DNA of 64,000 nt from Candidatus Woesearchaeota archaeon (GTDB lineage: Archaea > Nanobdellota > Nanobdellia > SCGC-AAA011-G17 > UBA489): contig CAYITG010000001.1 in assembly GCA_964366415.1 (NCBI GenBank), positions 11,649-75,648 of the forward strand, written 5' to 3'. Positions 45,737 to 54,613 of the stretch are shown here, piece by piece. The notes below the pieces were generated by a model. It worked only from the letters and a program-made list of their open reading frames with translations, was not told where the DNA came from and did no database searches. The translations under genes and the position numbers were made by a program. Every line of letters begins with the position of its first letter. Position 1 is the stretch's first letter.

Positions 45737-46731
45737 AAGCGGTAATTATTTCTAAAAAAGGGCATATAGAATACAAAGAAGTCCAAGAACCAAAAATAAA
45801 GAAAGGTTATGTGAAAGTAAAAGTAAAGGCAGCAGGACTTTGTGGAAGTGATACTCAAAAAATATTCTCTGACAAAAAATCATTAAGATTGGTGAAAACA
45901 AGTATATGGGGCCATGAAATTTCCGGCGTAATTTATGAAACTGGAAAAGAAGTTAAAAATTTTGTGAAAGGTGATAAAGTCATTGTAAATTCTTTGATTA
46001 GAAATGATGAAGATTCTGATATTACTAAAATTAGATCTCTCGGTAAGGACCTCCCGGGAGGATTTGCTGATTACATCGTAGTTCCCTACAAAAATTTAAG
46101 AAAAATCCCTTCAAATATAGGATTTGAAGAAGCCATATTAACAGATAGCATAGCTGTAGCATTACATGGATACCACCTCTCTAATTCTCCCACCAATAAA
46201 AATATACTTATCCTTGGGGATGGTTCTCTTGGTTTGATTACTGGCTTGCTTTGCTTAGAATTTAACAATAAAGTGACCCTCATTGGGAAAAATATCAGGA
46301 ACTTAAAGCTAGCTTCAGATTTTGGAATTACTGCTTTAAGGAGTGATCAAATTAAAGATTTGCAGAAAAATTATGATATCATTTTTGAGATTGTTGGAAG
46401 GAAGCAAGATAACACTTTAGACTGTTCTATACAATGTATCAAACCAAATGGTCAAATAACTGTTCTAGGGGTATTTGAAAAGGGTTATTATGGAAATATT
46501 CTCTTAAGAGAGCTGTTCTATAAGGAAGGAAAAATTGTTGGCTCAAACTCTTATGGGTTTTTTAATGGAAAGAGTGAATTTGATATGGCTATAAACTTCC
46601 TAAAAAAAATGAAACTGCAATTTTCGCAGTTGATAACGCATGTACTCCCTCTTAAAGAGTTTAAGACTGGTTTAGATTTAATAAAAAACAAAAAAAGCTC
46701 TAAGGCCATAAAGATTGTGTTTAAACCATGA
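45733..46731 (+). CDS. Zn-dependent medium-chain dehydrogenase/reductase (threonine/sorbitol dehydrogenase-like)
   Basis: 332 aa containing AAGLCGSD, WGHEISGVI and the Rossmann motif ILGDGSLGL. It has an ATGA overlap with the upstream gene. Confidence 0.8.
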   Translation: MKAVIISKKGHIEYKEVQEPKIKKGYVKVKVKAAGLCGSDTQKIFSDKKSLRLVKTSIWGHEISGVIYETGKEVKNFVKGDKVIVNSLIRNDEDSDITKIRSLGKDLPGGFADYIVVPYKNLRKIPSNIGFEEAILTDSIAVALHGYHLSNSPTNKNILILGDGSLGLITGLLCLEFNNKVTLIGKNIRNLKLASDFGITALRSDQIKDLQKNYDIIFEIVGRKQDNTLDCSIQCIKPNGQITVLGVFEKGYYGNILLRELFYKEGKIVGSNSYGFFNGKSEFDMAINFLKKMKLQFSQLITHVLPLKEFKTGLDLIKNKKSSKAIKIVFKP

Positions 46732-47897
46732 AAATAAACATCACGTTGATCGGACCGAGAGCGATCGGTAAAACAAGCATAGCAAAAAAATTATCAAAAA
46801 AGTATTACCTAGACTATATTGAGTTTGATACAATTTTAAATAAACACCTAATCAAGGACGGGGGTATGGTTAAAGCATTAAGGAATAAGTTGGCAACGGA
46901 TGTTTTAAACAATAAGGCCCCAAAAGACATATTACAAATATTAAAAAAAAATAATATCCTTTTGGAATTAGGATCTGGGGCTATTAGTTCTGATTACATT
47001 AAGACTAATAAAAAGAACCTGAATACTATCTTGAAAAATTCCCTGCTTATACCCTTGCTTTACTCAGATGATGTTTATGAAAGTGCAAAGGCGCTATACG
47101 AAAGAGACAAAAATAGATTGAATCTTGACGAAGATTTTCCCAAAGTAATTAAAAGATATAGAAATTTTATTAGCGTTATTAAAACTTATAGCTTTAAACC
47201 AATATACTGTAAGAACAAAACTATAAATGAAATATGTAATGAGATCATTACTGTATGCGGTCTTAATTATTCAACGATTAAATGTTTTATATTTGATCAA
47301 GATGGAACCTTTTACCCTGAAAACAGCAAACTTACAAATGAGTTAAGGAATAAAACAAAAAAGTGGTTAATGATTAAACTTTCTTTAAATAGGGGGGAAG
47401 TTGAGCGTCTTTACAAAAAACTCCAAAAAAAGTATCCAAATATTTTAGATGGACTCCTTTCTTTAGGCCTGACTATAAGAGATTATCACAAAAATGTTTT
47501 TGATATGATCGATCCGTCAAACTATCTATCGCGAGATGAGAAACTAAGTTCTATCCTGAAAAAACTAAAGGGGGATAAATATGTGGTGACATTTGCCTCG
47601 AAGAAATATTCAAAACTCTTACAACAAATATTAGGAATAAATAATCTCATTAAAAAAACATATTCTTTAATTGATTTTTCCCCAAAAAGGTCTAAACTGC
47701 AAGTATATGAGCATATAAGGAAGAGTAATAAAATGAAAAGAAAAGATATCATGGTTATAGGCAACAATCTAGAAGTAGATATAAAACCTGCATTACATAA
47801 AGGCTATAAAACAATTTTGATTGGGACACCAAAAAAAGAAACAAGAACAAAATCAATCCAGGATATACATTATTTAATGTCTAATAAAATTAATTAA
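46728..47897 (+). CDS. Fusion protein: shikimate-kinase-like P-loop domain + HAD phosphatase domain
   Basis: 389 aa. The N-terminus has LIGPRAIGKTSIAKKL. The C-terminus has HAD motif I FIFDQDGTF and motif IV VIGNNLEVDI. It has an ATGA overlap with the upstream gene. Confidence 0.6.
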   Translation: MKINITLIGPRAIGKTSIAKKLSKKYYLDYIEFDTILNKHLIKDGGMVKALRNKLATDVLNNKAPKDILQILKKNNILLELGSGAISSDYIKTNKKNLNTILKNSLLIPLLYSDDVYESAKALYERDKNRLNLDEDFPKVIKRYRNFISVIKTYSFKPIYCKNKTINEICNEIITVCGLNYSTIKCFIFDQDGTFYPENSKLTNELRNKTKKWLMIKLSLNRGEVERLYKKLQKKYPNILDGLLSLGLTIRDYHKNVFDMIDPSNYLSRDEKLSSILKKLKGDKYVVTFASKKYSKLLQQILGINNLIKKTYSLIDFSPKRSKLQVYEHIRKSNKMKRKDIMVIGNNLEVDIKPALHKGYKTILIGTPKKETRTKSIQDIHYLMSNKIN

Positions 47898-48036
47898 GAA
47901 CCTGGAACGCCATTATTCATACATTAAAACCCTGGGCTGAAATATCCCTCTAGTTCATGCACTGCCGTAATTTCTATCGTAAATCTATTCTTTGTCATTT
48001 GTTGTTTCTTCACTTCTTGTTGATATATTTTCTAAT

Positions 48037-48720
48037 TTATACTTTTTGCAGATTAAGCTCTCTTTTCTCTACATCAAGTATGCCCATTTTTTTCTCGTAA
48101 AAAGTTGTTTCTTCTCGTGCTGTAAATTCTGGTACAGCTATGGAGAATACATTAACTAGAATTGCCTTTTCTAAACCCTCAATATTCATATGTGATTTTG
48201 TTTGTGCGGTAACTAACAGCCCTACGTCAGAGACAGTCTTTGAATGTATTTCTCCACGAACTAAAAGAACATTCTGATATTCTCTCTTGAGAGTATTTAA
48301 ATATAAATAATCTGGGAAAGTAAGAGCTGTCCAGAGAACAGACGGATGGCGTAGAGTTCCATTTTCAGATAATGCTTCCATTAACACCTTCGATGATTCC
48401 TTTGTTAGTTCGTTCGTTCTCCACCTTGTTATAAGAAGGATTCCTGATTTTTTATCAATTGCCTTATTTGGTTGATGATATGCTTTAAAGTATGATTCTA
48501 ATTCTTTAACAACAATAGGTGACCATCTACGTATAGAAAAATCTAATTGTTTAGGGTCTATTTCGTATTCACCTCTTAGTGAGACAATATCTCCACAATT
48601 AACATAGTCTTTTTCCTGGTATACTAAGAAACCATTGTCTCCATCTTGTCTTAAACAAATTTTTGCCTTTTCTACTATCTGTGGTTCGCATAATAACCTT
48701 TCTAACTTTTTATTTTGCAT
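48037..48720 (-). CDS. Hypothetical protein
   Basis: 227-aa AT-rich ORF ending 1 nt from the aIF5B stop side. No motif was recognised. Confidence 0.5.
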   Translation of the reverse strand: MQNKKLERLLCEPQIVEKAKICLRQDGDNGFLVYQEKDYVNCGDIVSLRGEYEIDPKQLDFSIRRWSPIVVKELESYFKAYHQPNKAIDKKSGILLITRWRTNELTKESSKVLMEALSENGTLRHPSVLWTALTFPDYLYLNTLKREYQNVLLVRGEIHSKTVSDVGLLVTAQTKSHMNIEGLEKAILVNVFSIAVPEFTAREETTFYEKKMGILDVEKRELNLQKV

Positions 48721-48721
48721 T

Positions 48722-50527
48722 TTACACGCCCCACATGGGGTTTTGTTTTCTTTTTATTTCCACAATTTCTTTAATGACATCAATTTCGTCTGCCTTCAAA
48801 TATTTTTTGAATCCTTTTAATCTTTTGAATTGTTCTTCCGTCAAATCAGCATAGAGAATATCGCCTTCTTTTAGTTGACGACCAACCGTGACATTGGGAA
48901 TGGCAACTGCTATTTCCTTATCTTTTGCCGCAGATGCAACATTCTTTCCTTGTTCTTGAATTGTTTTCACAACAGACAGCTTTGAACCATCTTTCTTGAT
49001 GATAGGCATTTCAGCTGCAATAATCCCTCCAAGCACTTGCGCACCGACGACTGCCGGATTGGATTGACGGAACACAAATCCTTCCATGACTTTTATCTTG
49101 AACGGATGAACGATTGCTTCTGCTTGCTTTGCTTGTTCTTTTTTCAATATACTTTCTTTCCACACATTGTAATCTTCGATGATTTTGTATATCACATCAT
49201 GGGTGATTTGCTTGATATCGGATGCTTCTTCTACTGATTCAATATTAAACCCAAGAATTACTTTGTAAATAGGATCTTTTTCAACACGCGCATCAGCAAT
49301 ATCTTTCTTTGAGATGTTTCCAATTGACAATTTTTTAATGGTCACTCCGGCTTCCTTTAGTAGTGTTGCGAGTGCTTCTAAACTCCCAATGGTATCTGCC
49401 TTTGCAATCACGCCGTCTTTTTCTGTTTCCAAGAGGATGGAATGAACTTCTTTTTGTAATTGCTGACGTATGACTGTTTCATTCGTATTTGCCACTAATA
49501 ATGGCATGCCTCCAATAGCATCTTTCATTCTAGGAGCAATGAGCTTGATACCAGCAGCAGCGTGCACTTCTCTTTGTGATATTAATTTTTTTGTTTTGAC
49601 ATCTAATTCGAATAACGCGCGCACCTTTGTTTCAATAGGTTCTCCTACTGTTGCAATCATAATTTTATCATTGACTTTTAACAAACCATCATACAATACG
49701 ACATCTAATGTTGTTCCTAACTTGGCATCTTCACTTACTTCTAAGATTGTTGCTTTGCCTGGACCTTCTCCATTGATATTTAACTTTTGCTCAAGAAAGC
49801 GTTGCGCTAAACCTGTCATGACCATCAAGAGTTCTGGTAATCCTTCTGTTGTTTTTGCACTGACAGGAACAATGGTAATTTGTTTGGTGAAATCATCTAC
49901 GCGATCATACCTTTCAGCATTCAGATTCTCTTCTGACAACCGTGCCACTAAGGCATAGACTGCTTTGTCCAGCTCTTCTTGCACACGTGCTGATTGGTTT
50001 GCAATGTTTGCAAGCAACTTTTCTTTGGGATTTGCCTGCCATCCCGGGATGAGATCAACCTTGTTTAATGCAATGACAAAAGGAGTTTTGTATTGTTTTA
50101 AGATAGCAAGACATTCTTTGGTTTGTTCTTTGATCCCTTCTTTTGCATCAACAACAAGAATGGCAATATCAGCAAGATTACCGCCTATTTTACGCATGTT
50201 ATTGAACGCTGCGTGACCAGGGCTATCAAGAAACAGTAATCCTGGAATGGTTAACTGCGATTTCATGTTTTCAATGAGAGAACCGCAATATCGCTTAATG
50301 ACCTCAAGAGGAACAGGATATGAACGAATAGATTGCGTGATTAATCCTGGTTCTGCCTTGGTGATCGAGATCCCTCTAATTTTTTCGAGAATACTTGATT
50401 TTCCATGGTCTATGTGACCCATAAAGATCACAATGGGCTGACGTGTTGGCATTTTTCCTTTAAGCTTATAGGTTCTTTTAAACTCTTTGGTAACTCTTCT
50501 TCGAGTATTTATTGTATTATTTTCCAA
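48722..50527 (-). CDS. infB: Translation initiation factor aIF5B (IF-2)
   Basis: 601 aa. It has the G domain (GHIDHGKSS, DSPGH, NKVD) plus domains II-IV. Confidence 0.95.
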   Translation of the reverse strand: MENNTINTRRRVTKEFKRTYKLKGKMPTRQPIVIFMGHIDHGKSSILEKIRGISITKAEPGLITQSIRSYPVPLEVIKRYCGSLIENMKSQLTIPGLLFLDSPGHAAFNNMRKIGGNLADIAILVVDAKEGIKEQTKECLAILKQYKTPFVIALNKVDLIPGWQANPKEKLLANIANQSARVQEELDKAVYALVARLSEENLNAERYDRVDDFTKQITIVPVSAKTTEGLPELLMVMTGLAQRFLEQKLNINGEGPGKATILEVSEDAKLGTTLDVVLYDGLLKVNDKIMIATVGEPIETKVRALFELDVKTKKLISQREVHAAAGIKLIAPRMKDAIGGMPLLVANTNETVIRQQLQKEVHSILLETEKDGVIAKADTIGSLEALATLLKEAGVTIKKLSIGNISKKDIADARVEKDPIYKVILGFNIESVEEASDIKQITHDVIYKIIEDYNVWKESILKKEQAKQAEAIVHPFKIKVMEGFVFRQSNPAVVGAQVLGGIIAAEMPIIKKDGSKLSVVKTIQEQGKNVASAAKDKEIAVAIPNVTVGRQLKEGDILYADLTEEQFKRLKGFKKYLKADEIDVIKEIVEIKRKQNPMWGV

Positions 50528-50638
50528 AGATTTATATATACCTCACTTTCGAATATATGCTTGGGGGAGTAGTGATATTTCGTAGTAGGAATAGTATCCT
50601 TCACATACTGTAGCGAACGGAAGAAGGGGGAATTTATC

Positions 50639-51595
50639 ATGGAATATCGTAAACTGATTAAATTTGGAAACAGCTCGTTTGTTCTTTCCTTACCTAAACA
50701 ATGGGTGGAAAAGAACAATCTTGGGAAGGGAGATCTCGTTTATTTAAATGAGAATGGCAACAGCGAAATATTGTTGAGTGCTACGAATGGTGTCGAACAA
50801 CGCGTTAAATTACAAGAGCTTACTATTAACATTGACAATAAGAGCTTTTTAGACATCAAACGAGAAATTGTGAGTGCCTATATCAGAAATGTTCATGTCA
50901 TCAATGTTGAAGGAAAACACCTTGACAAGAAAGTGCGAGAAATACGCGAATTTATGAGTAATTTGATGGCGCTAGAGGTTGTTGAACATAACAGCAATCG
51001 TATTGTTGCCAAAGATTTTCTTAACATGAAGAAGATTTCTCTTTTTCAGACCATTAAGAAGATAGATTCTGTTGTGCGTGGCATGCTTGTTGATTCACAG
51101 AAAATCTTTGAAACCGATACGTATCAGAGTTTGATGGTCAGAGATGAAGATGTGAATAGACTTGTCAACATGGTGTTGCGGGTGAGCAGATATGCTTTGA
51201 GGAAACCATCTCTGGTGCAAAGCGCTGGTTTGACGCCTTTTGATTTTTTTAAATATCTTCAAGTTGCTGATGCTTTGGAGCGCATTGCTGATGAAGCCAA
51301 ACGTTTGGGACGCTATATGAGAAAGATTGAAGCTGCTGATGCTATTAAACAAGAAATTCTTTCTATTTATCAAGATCTTATCACACATTATGAAGAAGTG
51401 ATGGATGCCTTTTATGCCAATGACATACAGAAAGCATTGCTTTATGCTTCACAAGATCAAGGATTACGCGAACGATGCGACGCGTTGGCAAGCATGGAAA
51501 AACAAGGAACATGCCAGTATGCATGCACCATTGCAGAGAAATTTAAGACCATGGATTATTGTATTCATTCTATTGGGAGGGAAGTTTATCAATAG
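50639..51595 (+). CDS. AbrB/SpoVT-domain + PhoU-domain regulator
   Basis: 318 aa. The N-terminus has KFGNSSFVLSLPKQWVEKN, followed by two PhoU-like helical repeats (...RDEDVNRL..., ...ALERIADEAKR). Confidence 0.8.
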   Translation: MEYRKLIKFGNSSFVLSLPKQWVEKNNLGKGDLVYLNENGNSEILLSATNGVEQRVKLQELTINIDNKSFLDIKREIVSAYIRNVHVINVEGKHLDKKVREIREFMSNLMALEVVEHNSNRIVAKDFLNMKKISLFQTIKKIDSVVRGMLVDSQKIFETDTYQSLMVRDEDVNRLVNMVLRVSRYALRKPSLVQSAGLTPFDFFKYLQVADALERIADEAKRLGRYMRKIEAADAIKQEILSIYQDLITHYEEVMDAFYANDIQKALLYASQDQGLRERCDALASMEKQGTCQYACTIAEKFKTMDYCIHSIGREVYQ

Positions 51596-51604
51596 ATAGT
51601 CAAA

Positions 51605-53275
51605 ATGACCTACAAAAGGACTGTTGTCATAGCGGACGGAGAACCAGAACAACGTGATCTTTCTTCACGACTCTCTTTAGCATTTCGTGGCCATCATGAA
51701 CACCACCTTATTGATTTTAAAATGCCTTCTAACGTGGAAGAACTTTCTCCACTTCTCCATCAACGCCCCGATGTTGTTATTTTAGGATATCACCCAGATC
51801 TTACTTCTCAGTATGCTCAAATTTTGAATGGAACAGATCGAAATCACCTTGTCTTAACTTTCCTTTCTCAGCATGAATCTCATGCACGTCAACTTGCCGC
51901 AGAATTAGGAATTTACCATACACTCCCAAAGTCTCCAGTCTTGGAAGAAAGGACAGAAGCGTTCACCCAAGATTTGGTCAAATCAGTTTATGACTGTCTT
52001 ACCTCTTATCGTACTTTTTTTAAAGATGGTTCAGAAGTTGTAGGACGCGTTATGAGTTTGGGTATTGATGGCACAGGAGGCATTGGTGGTGCTGTTGCTG
52101 ATCTTGCCTTAGGAGAAGCAGCTATACGAAAAATTTATCTTTATAATGGAAAAAATCGTGCAAAAGCAGAACTTCTCGCACGAGAGCTTCGTGATAAGGC
52201 TCTTCGCAGTAGCGTTGCCAATGCCTGTGAGATTTACGTTGTTGATGACCTTGAAGAGATGAAATATACCTGTGGCATTCGTGTTCACACTCATGGGGAT
52301 CATCAAACAGAGCTTAATCTTGCCATAAGACAAAGAAAAACCCGCAAAGATTTCTTACGATTCAATCTCGCAACAGCATTGCAACATAGTGAAGAATTGA
52401 CTGGCGCAGGAGGCATTGATATTATTGTTACTAACCCTGTTGCTCCTCTTACTGCTGCGTATTATGCAGGTACTTATCGTGCTCCAAACTCTTATGATCC
52501 TGTTCAACGTTTCTGTGTTCCTGAAGGTTTGTGTATGAGTGACAAAAAGAGAGGACTTCAAGTTCTTCAATCTGTTGCTAAGGATTTAGGTCTGATTGAA
52601 AATGGTGACAGCCTTGTTGTTGAACCTGACCTTAATTTTAATGTTGTCGGGCCGCGCGAAAATTTCGTGATTGTTAATCCTATGATTCAGGGGTTGACTT
52701 TTGATCAATTACAAGAAGTCGCACAGAAGAGGGGTCTTAATCCAAATATATATAGCGAGACATCTTTAACAGCGAAGATACGTGATGGTATACATCGCTG
52801 GGGGATTCGTCAAATTATCAAAGGCGGTGATTATTTTCCTGCAACTTACGCACGTCAACTCATGGATCATATTCGTTCCATTAATGGTATTCCCGATCTT
52901 AGAGGACAAGAAATTAAACACCCTGCAGTTGTCTTAGTAGACCTTTTTAGAGATTCTGATTTTGAGGAATCAGCACATCGCCTTGTCACCTACCGCGATC
53001 ATGGAGGCAGAAAAGAAAAAACTGCAACCTTGCGTGAACTCTATGACCATCTTTTTCCCAACGGCGTTATCACTTCTTGGGAGATTAGCCATAAACACGG
53101 CCTTCCTGTTAATGATCGTATTCCCCTTCACACGCACAAAAAACGACGAAAACTTCTTGAAGCTCTTTTAGAAGATCGTCGTATGCTTATGAACGAACTC
53201 GATCGTGTTGATGAAAATCTTAATGCACAAGCACATAAAGTCAAAAATTTTTTTACTGAAAAACTTTCTTGTTAA
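51605..53275 (+). CDS. Multidomain protein: receiver-like N-terminus + LDH/MDH-like Rossmann domain lacking the catalytic His context
   Basis: 556 aa containing VVIADGEPEQ...PDVVILGYHPDL, then GIDGTGGIGGAVADLAL and IDIIVTNPVAPLT. Where LDH/MDH has G(E/D)HGD it reads GPRENF. Confidence 0.55.
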   Translation: MTYKRTVVIADGEPEQRDLSSRLSLAFRGHHEHHLIDFKMPSNVEELSPLLHQRPDVVILGYHPDLTSQYAQILNGTDRNHLVLTFLSQHESHARQLAAELGIYHTLPKSPVLEERTEAFTQDLVKSVYDCLTSYRTFFKDGSEVVGRVMSLGIDGTGGIGGAVADLALGEAAIRKIYLYNGKNRAKAELLARELRDKALRSSVANACEIYVVDDLEEMKYTCGIRVHTHGDHQTELNLAIRQRKTRKDFLRFNLATALQHSEELTGAGGIDIIVTNPVAPLTAAYYAGTYRAPNSYDPVQRFCVPEGLCMSDKKRGLQVLQSVAKDLGLIENGDSLVVEPDLNFNVVGPRENFVIVNPMIQGLTFDQLQEVAQKRGLNPNIYSETSLTAKIRDGIHRWGIRQIIKGGDYFPATYARQLMDHIRSINGIPDLRGQEIKHPAVVLVDLFRDSDFEESAHRLVTYRDHGGRKEKTATLRELYDHLFPNGVITSWEISHKHGLPVNDRIPLHTHKKRRKLLEALLEDRRMLMNELDRVDENLNAQAHKVKNFFTEKLSC

Positions 53276-54000
53276 TCTCCTTTTTTCCCCATCTTATATA
53301 ACAAGCTGAAGAATTTCCTATATTGGTTTGCCATTCTCTCACTTTCCACGAGAATGCTCAAAGGAGGCTCTGACCAAATAACAAAACAAATTTTTCTTCC
53401 ATAAATGAGCGTTGTTGCAGGACTTTCAATATCGTGAGGAATATATCGCGCTTCCGTGTAAGGCAATGAATTTAGGTGTTTTATTCTTTCACGTGCGTCT
53501 GCATCATACAAATGGTACATCCATATTTTTTTCTCTGCTCTCCTTTTATGAAATATATTAATAAAACTTTTCAGTTTTTCTGCGACGTCTTTAGGGATTC
53601 CAAACACATAAATTTCTTTTCCTTCCTTGAGCATATCATCTGTGATGGTTTTTACACCTTGCGTGCCTTCAAAAATATGCGCTTTATTCACTTCTTTGGA
53701 CAACTTATAATCGAGTTGTAATGTTGGAAGTACTTTTTCAAACCTTGTCATACGGTCTCGTAATAGTTCCATTATTTGCGTGGGATTTACAGCTTCGAAT
53801 AATTTCTTATTGCCTTTGTAAATGTATGTTACAATGCCTTTATCTGTTAATCTTTCTAATGCATCATACACATTTGTTCTGTGAATATTTGATTTTGCAG
53901 CGATGATTCCTGCTGCACTTGGGCCTAAACGTAACAGTGCATAGTACACCTTTGCTTCGTTCTTGCTGAATCCTAAATCAATTAATGCATCTTCTTTCAT
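53272..54000 (-). CDS. TrmB-family transcription regulator
   Basis: 242 aa with N-terminal LGFSKNEAKVYYALLRLGPSAAGIIAAKSNIHRTNVYDALERLTDKGIV. Confidence 0.8.
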   Translation of the reverse strand: MKEDALIDLGFSKNEAKVYYALLRLGPSAAGIIAAKSNIHRTNVYDALERLTDKGIVTYIYKGNKKLFEAVNPTQIMELLRDRMTRFEKVLPTLQLDYKLSKEVNKAHIFEGTQGVKTITDDMLKEGKEIYVFGIPKDVAEKLKSFINIFHKRRAEKKIWMYHLYDADARERIKHLNSLPYTEARYIPHDIESPATTLIYGRKICFVIWSEPPLSILVESERMANQYRKFFSLLYKMGKKGD

Positions 54001-54236
54001 GTGTTGTTTATTTTACGACAACATTTCTTCTTACACTTTCTTTTCTGTTTTCTTTTTTATGAACCACAAGACCTGGTGTATTTGTAATTTTTTCCTTTTT
54101 TATTTATTTTGTTGTCTAGAATACTACAACACACTTTTATATAAACTTTTGCACCGTTTCCCTTTGGAAATCGGAGTATTTCCGATTGCCTCTAATCATT
54201 CTAGGCTTTGCCTGGAACATGAAGGGGGGATTACCT

Positions 54237-54374
54237 ATGAAAAAATCAAGAGAAGAACTCGCCTACGAAAACGAAGACGGTTTTTACACCGAAGAAGAGA
54301 TTGAGACCTTGCTGGAAGATGATGAAATCTCAGCAAGTGAAGAAGGCTTCATGCGCGGATATATTGACGCTTAA
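54237..54374 (+). CDS. Small acidic protein (45 aa)
   Basis: Internal ATG preceded by GAAGGGGGGA. The product is MKKSREELAYENEDGFYTEEEIETLLEDDEISASEEGFMRGYIDA. Confidence 0.4.
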   Translation: MKKSREELAYENEDGFYTEEEIETLLEDDEISASEEGFMRGYIDA

Positions 54375-54476
54375 TGCCCATAAATCTCCTAATCTCACTT
54401 AGATATTTTGCTCTTCGCCACGATCTTCATGAGGCCATTTTAGGCGTTATGCCTCAATAATAACGGGGGGTGCGTC

Positions 54477-54593
54477 ATGTATCAACTCTTCATTGAGAAT
54501 GAATCTCACGTGATTAGTTCGTCACGGCATTTTGATGAAGAAGAAGCCTTGGATGAAGCAATACGTTCAGGATGCATTGTGGCTTTTTATTGA
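54477..54593 (+). CDS. Possible micro-protein (38 aa)
   Basis: This ORF is not in the track. The ATG is preceded by ACGGGGGGTG. The product is MYQLFIENESHVISSSRHFDEEEALDEAIRSGCIVAFY. Confidence 0.3.
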   Translation: MYQLFIENESHVISSSRHFDEEEALDEAIRSGCIVAFY

Positions 54594-54613
54594 ATAATAA
54601 ATTTAGGGGGTGT

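Noticed and set aside
54001-54185. Pyrimidine-rich ~180-nt tract and ORF 53963-54304
   Set aside because: It is the divergent promoter spacer between trmB and the small acidic ORF. The ORF product is Phe/Cys/Leu-rich low-complexity sequence. No repeat unit or RNA fold was evident.
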